From contig NC_068988.1 in NCBI RefSeq assembly GCF_001194135.2, positions 74,067,057 through 74,115,559 of the forward strand: a stretch of 48,503 nucleotides of DNA, read 5' to 3'. The DNA comes from Octopus bimaculoides (taxonomy: Eukaryota). Positions 47,341-48,503 of the stretch are shown here, piece after piece. The notes beneath the pieces are model-generated. The model saw nothing but the letters and a program-made list of their open reading frames with translations. It had not been told where the DNA came from and did not search any database. Both the position numbers and the translations under genes were made by a program. Numbering within the stretch: the stretch's first letter is position 1; the number at the start of each line of letters is the position of its first letter.

Positions 47341-48503
47341 GAGCGAGATCGTTGCCAGTGCCCCTGGATTGGCTCTTGTGCGGGTGGCACATAAAATACA
47401 CCATTTTGAGCATGGCGGTTGCCAGTGCCGCCTGATAGGCCTTCGTGCCGGTGGCATGTAAAAGCACCCACTACACTCTCTGAGTGGTTGGCGTTAGGAA
47501 GGTCATCCAGCTGTAGAAACTTTGCCAAATGCTGTGCGTGAGAAGACCCGGCAAGCCAAGTGAGACCTAAATCTAAGGCCTCAGCCAATCCACTTATGCG
47601 TACCTTCGTTCATTGGACACTAAACTCCACTTGCGAAGACCTGTTGAGACAAGTGAAATCGAAATCGAGTTAAATTCTACGACTGGCACCCATGCCAACG
47701 TCGTCTCCTTCATTGGACACGAAACTCAGCTTGCGAAGACTTATTGGGGCAAGCAAAAGCGAAATCATGATGGCACCTGTGCCCAGCATCGCCTTTCTGG
47801 CACTTGTGCCCGTGGCATTTGTAAGAACTTCCGAAAGAGAACGTTGCCAGTGCCCATGGACTGGCTCTTGTGCGGGTGGCACATAAAATACACCATTTTG
47901 AGCGTTGCCGTTGCCAGTACCACCTGACTGGCCTTCGTGCCGGTGGCACATAAAAGCACCCACTACATTCTCTGAGTGGTTGGCGTTAGGAGGGGCATCC
48001 AGCTGTAGAAACTCTGCCAATTGGAAATATGCTGTGCGTGGGAAGGCCCGGCAGGCCAAGTGAGACCTCAATCTAAGGCCTCAGCCAGTCCACTTATGCG
48101 TACCTTCCTTCATTGTACACTAAACTCCACTTGCGAAGACCTGTTGAGGCAAGTGAAATCGAAATCGATTTAAATTCGACAATTGGCAACCATGCCAACG
48201 TCGTCTCCTTCATTGGACACAAAACTCAGCTTGCGAAGACTTATTGGGGCAAACGAAAGCGAAATTGTGATGGCACCTGTGCCCAGCATCGCCTTTCTGG
48301 CACTTGTGCCCGCGGCATGTGTAAAGACTTTCGAGCGAGATCGTTGCCAGTGCCCCCGGACTGGCTCTTGTGCAGGTGGCACATAAAATACACCATTCTG
48401 AGCATGGCCGTTGCCAGTACCGCCTGACTGGCCTTCGTGCTGGTGGCAAGTAAAAGCACCCACTATACTCTCTGAGTGGTTGGCGTTAGGAAGGGCATCC
48501 AGC
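47341..48503 (+). repeat. Tandem array of RTE 3' ends, 500-bp period, running off the window
   Basis: gctgtgcgtg(a/g)gaag at 47531 and 48031; partial first copy 47341-47530; each unit resembles 35190-35600 but lacks the (GAT)n tail. Confidence 0.9.

Noticed and set aside
47586-48463. Repeated ORFs of 60-130 aa in the terminal array
   Set aside because: Translations of RTE 3' UTR on both strands; similar peptides appear at every UTR copy in the window

Overview
Eukaryotic (metazoan) genomic DNA from a gapped draft assembly. N-runs lie at about 11595-11604, 21745-21867, 22721-23481, 24386-24395, 31079-31178, 32064-32149, 32701-32710, 37472-37481, 39368-39826 and 40735-41140. The repeat families and the style of the zinc-finger gene point to a coleoid cephalopod, probably Octopus (inference, not verified). 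The only intact host coding region is a single-exon-type C2H2 zinc-finger ORF with 13 fingers (7519-8775, +). The rest is nested mobile DNA and simple repeats: a degenerate, internally deleted Gypsy element with both LTRs, PBS, PPT and a 4-bp TSD (707-4420, -); a solo LTR; RTE-clade LINE fragments and their (GAT)n-tailed 3' ends; an L1/Tx1-type LINE interrupted by a young SINE; tRNA-derived SINEs; a mariner MITE; Helitron-like elements; Penelope-like elements (PLEs); a ~55-bp minisatellite; and a fold-back element enclosing TTAGGG-like repeats. The main non-obvious signal is at least seven minimal type I hammerhead ribozyme (HHR) motifs, two with fully intact cores (22289-22352 + and 37800-37920 -), mostly at PLE ends and often in or beside inverted duplications. 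Other points of interest: a 28-bp direct repeat brackets the zinc-finger exon and matches the start of the minisatellite, and RTE 3' ends form a 500-bp-period tandem array at the window end. All alignments and folds were done by eye; none were computed.
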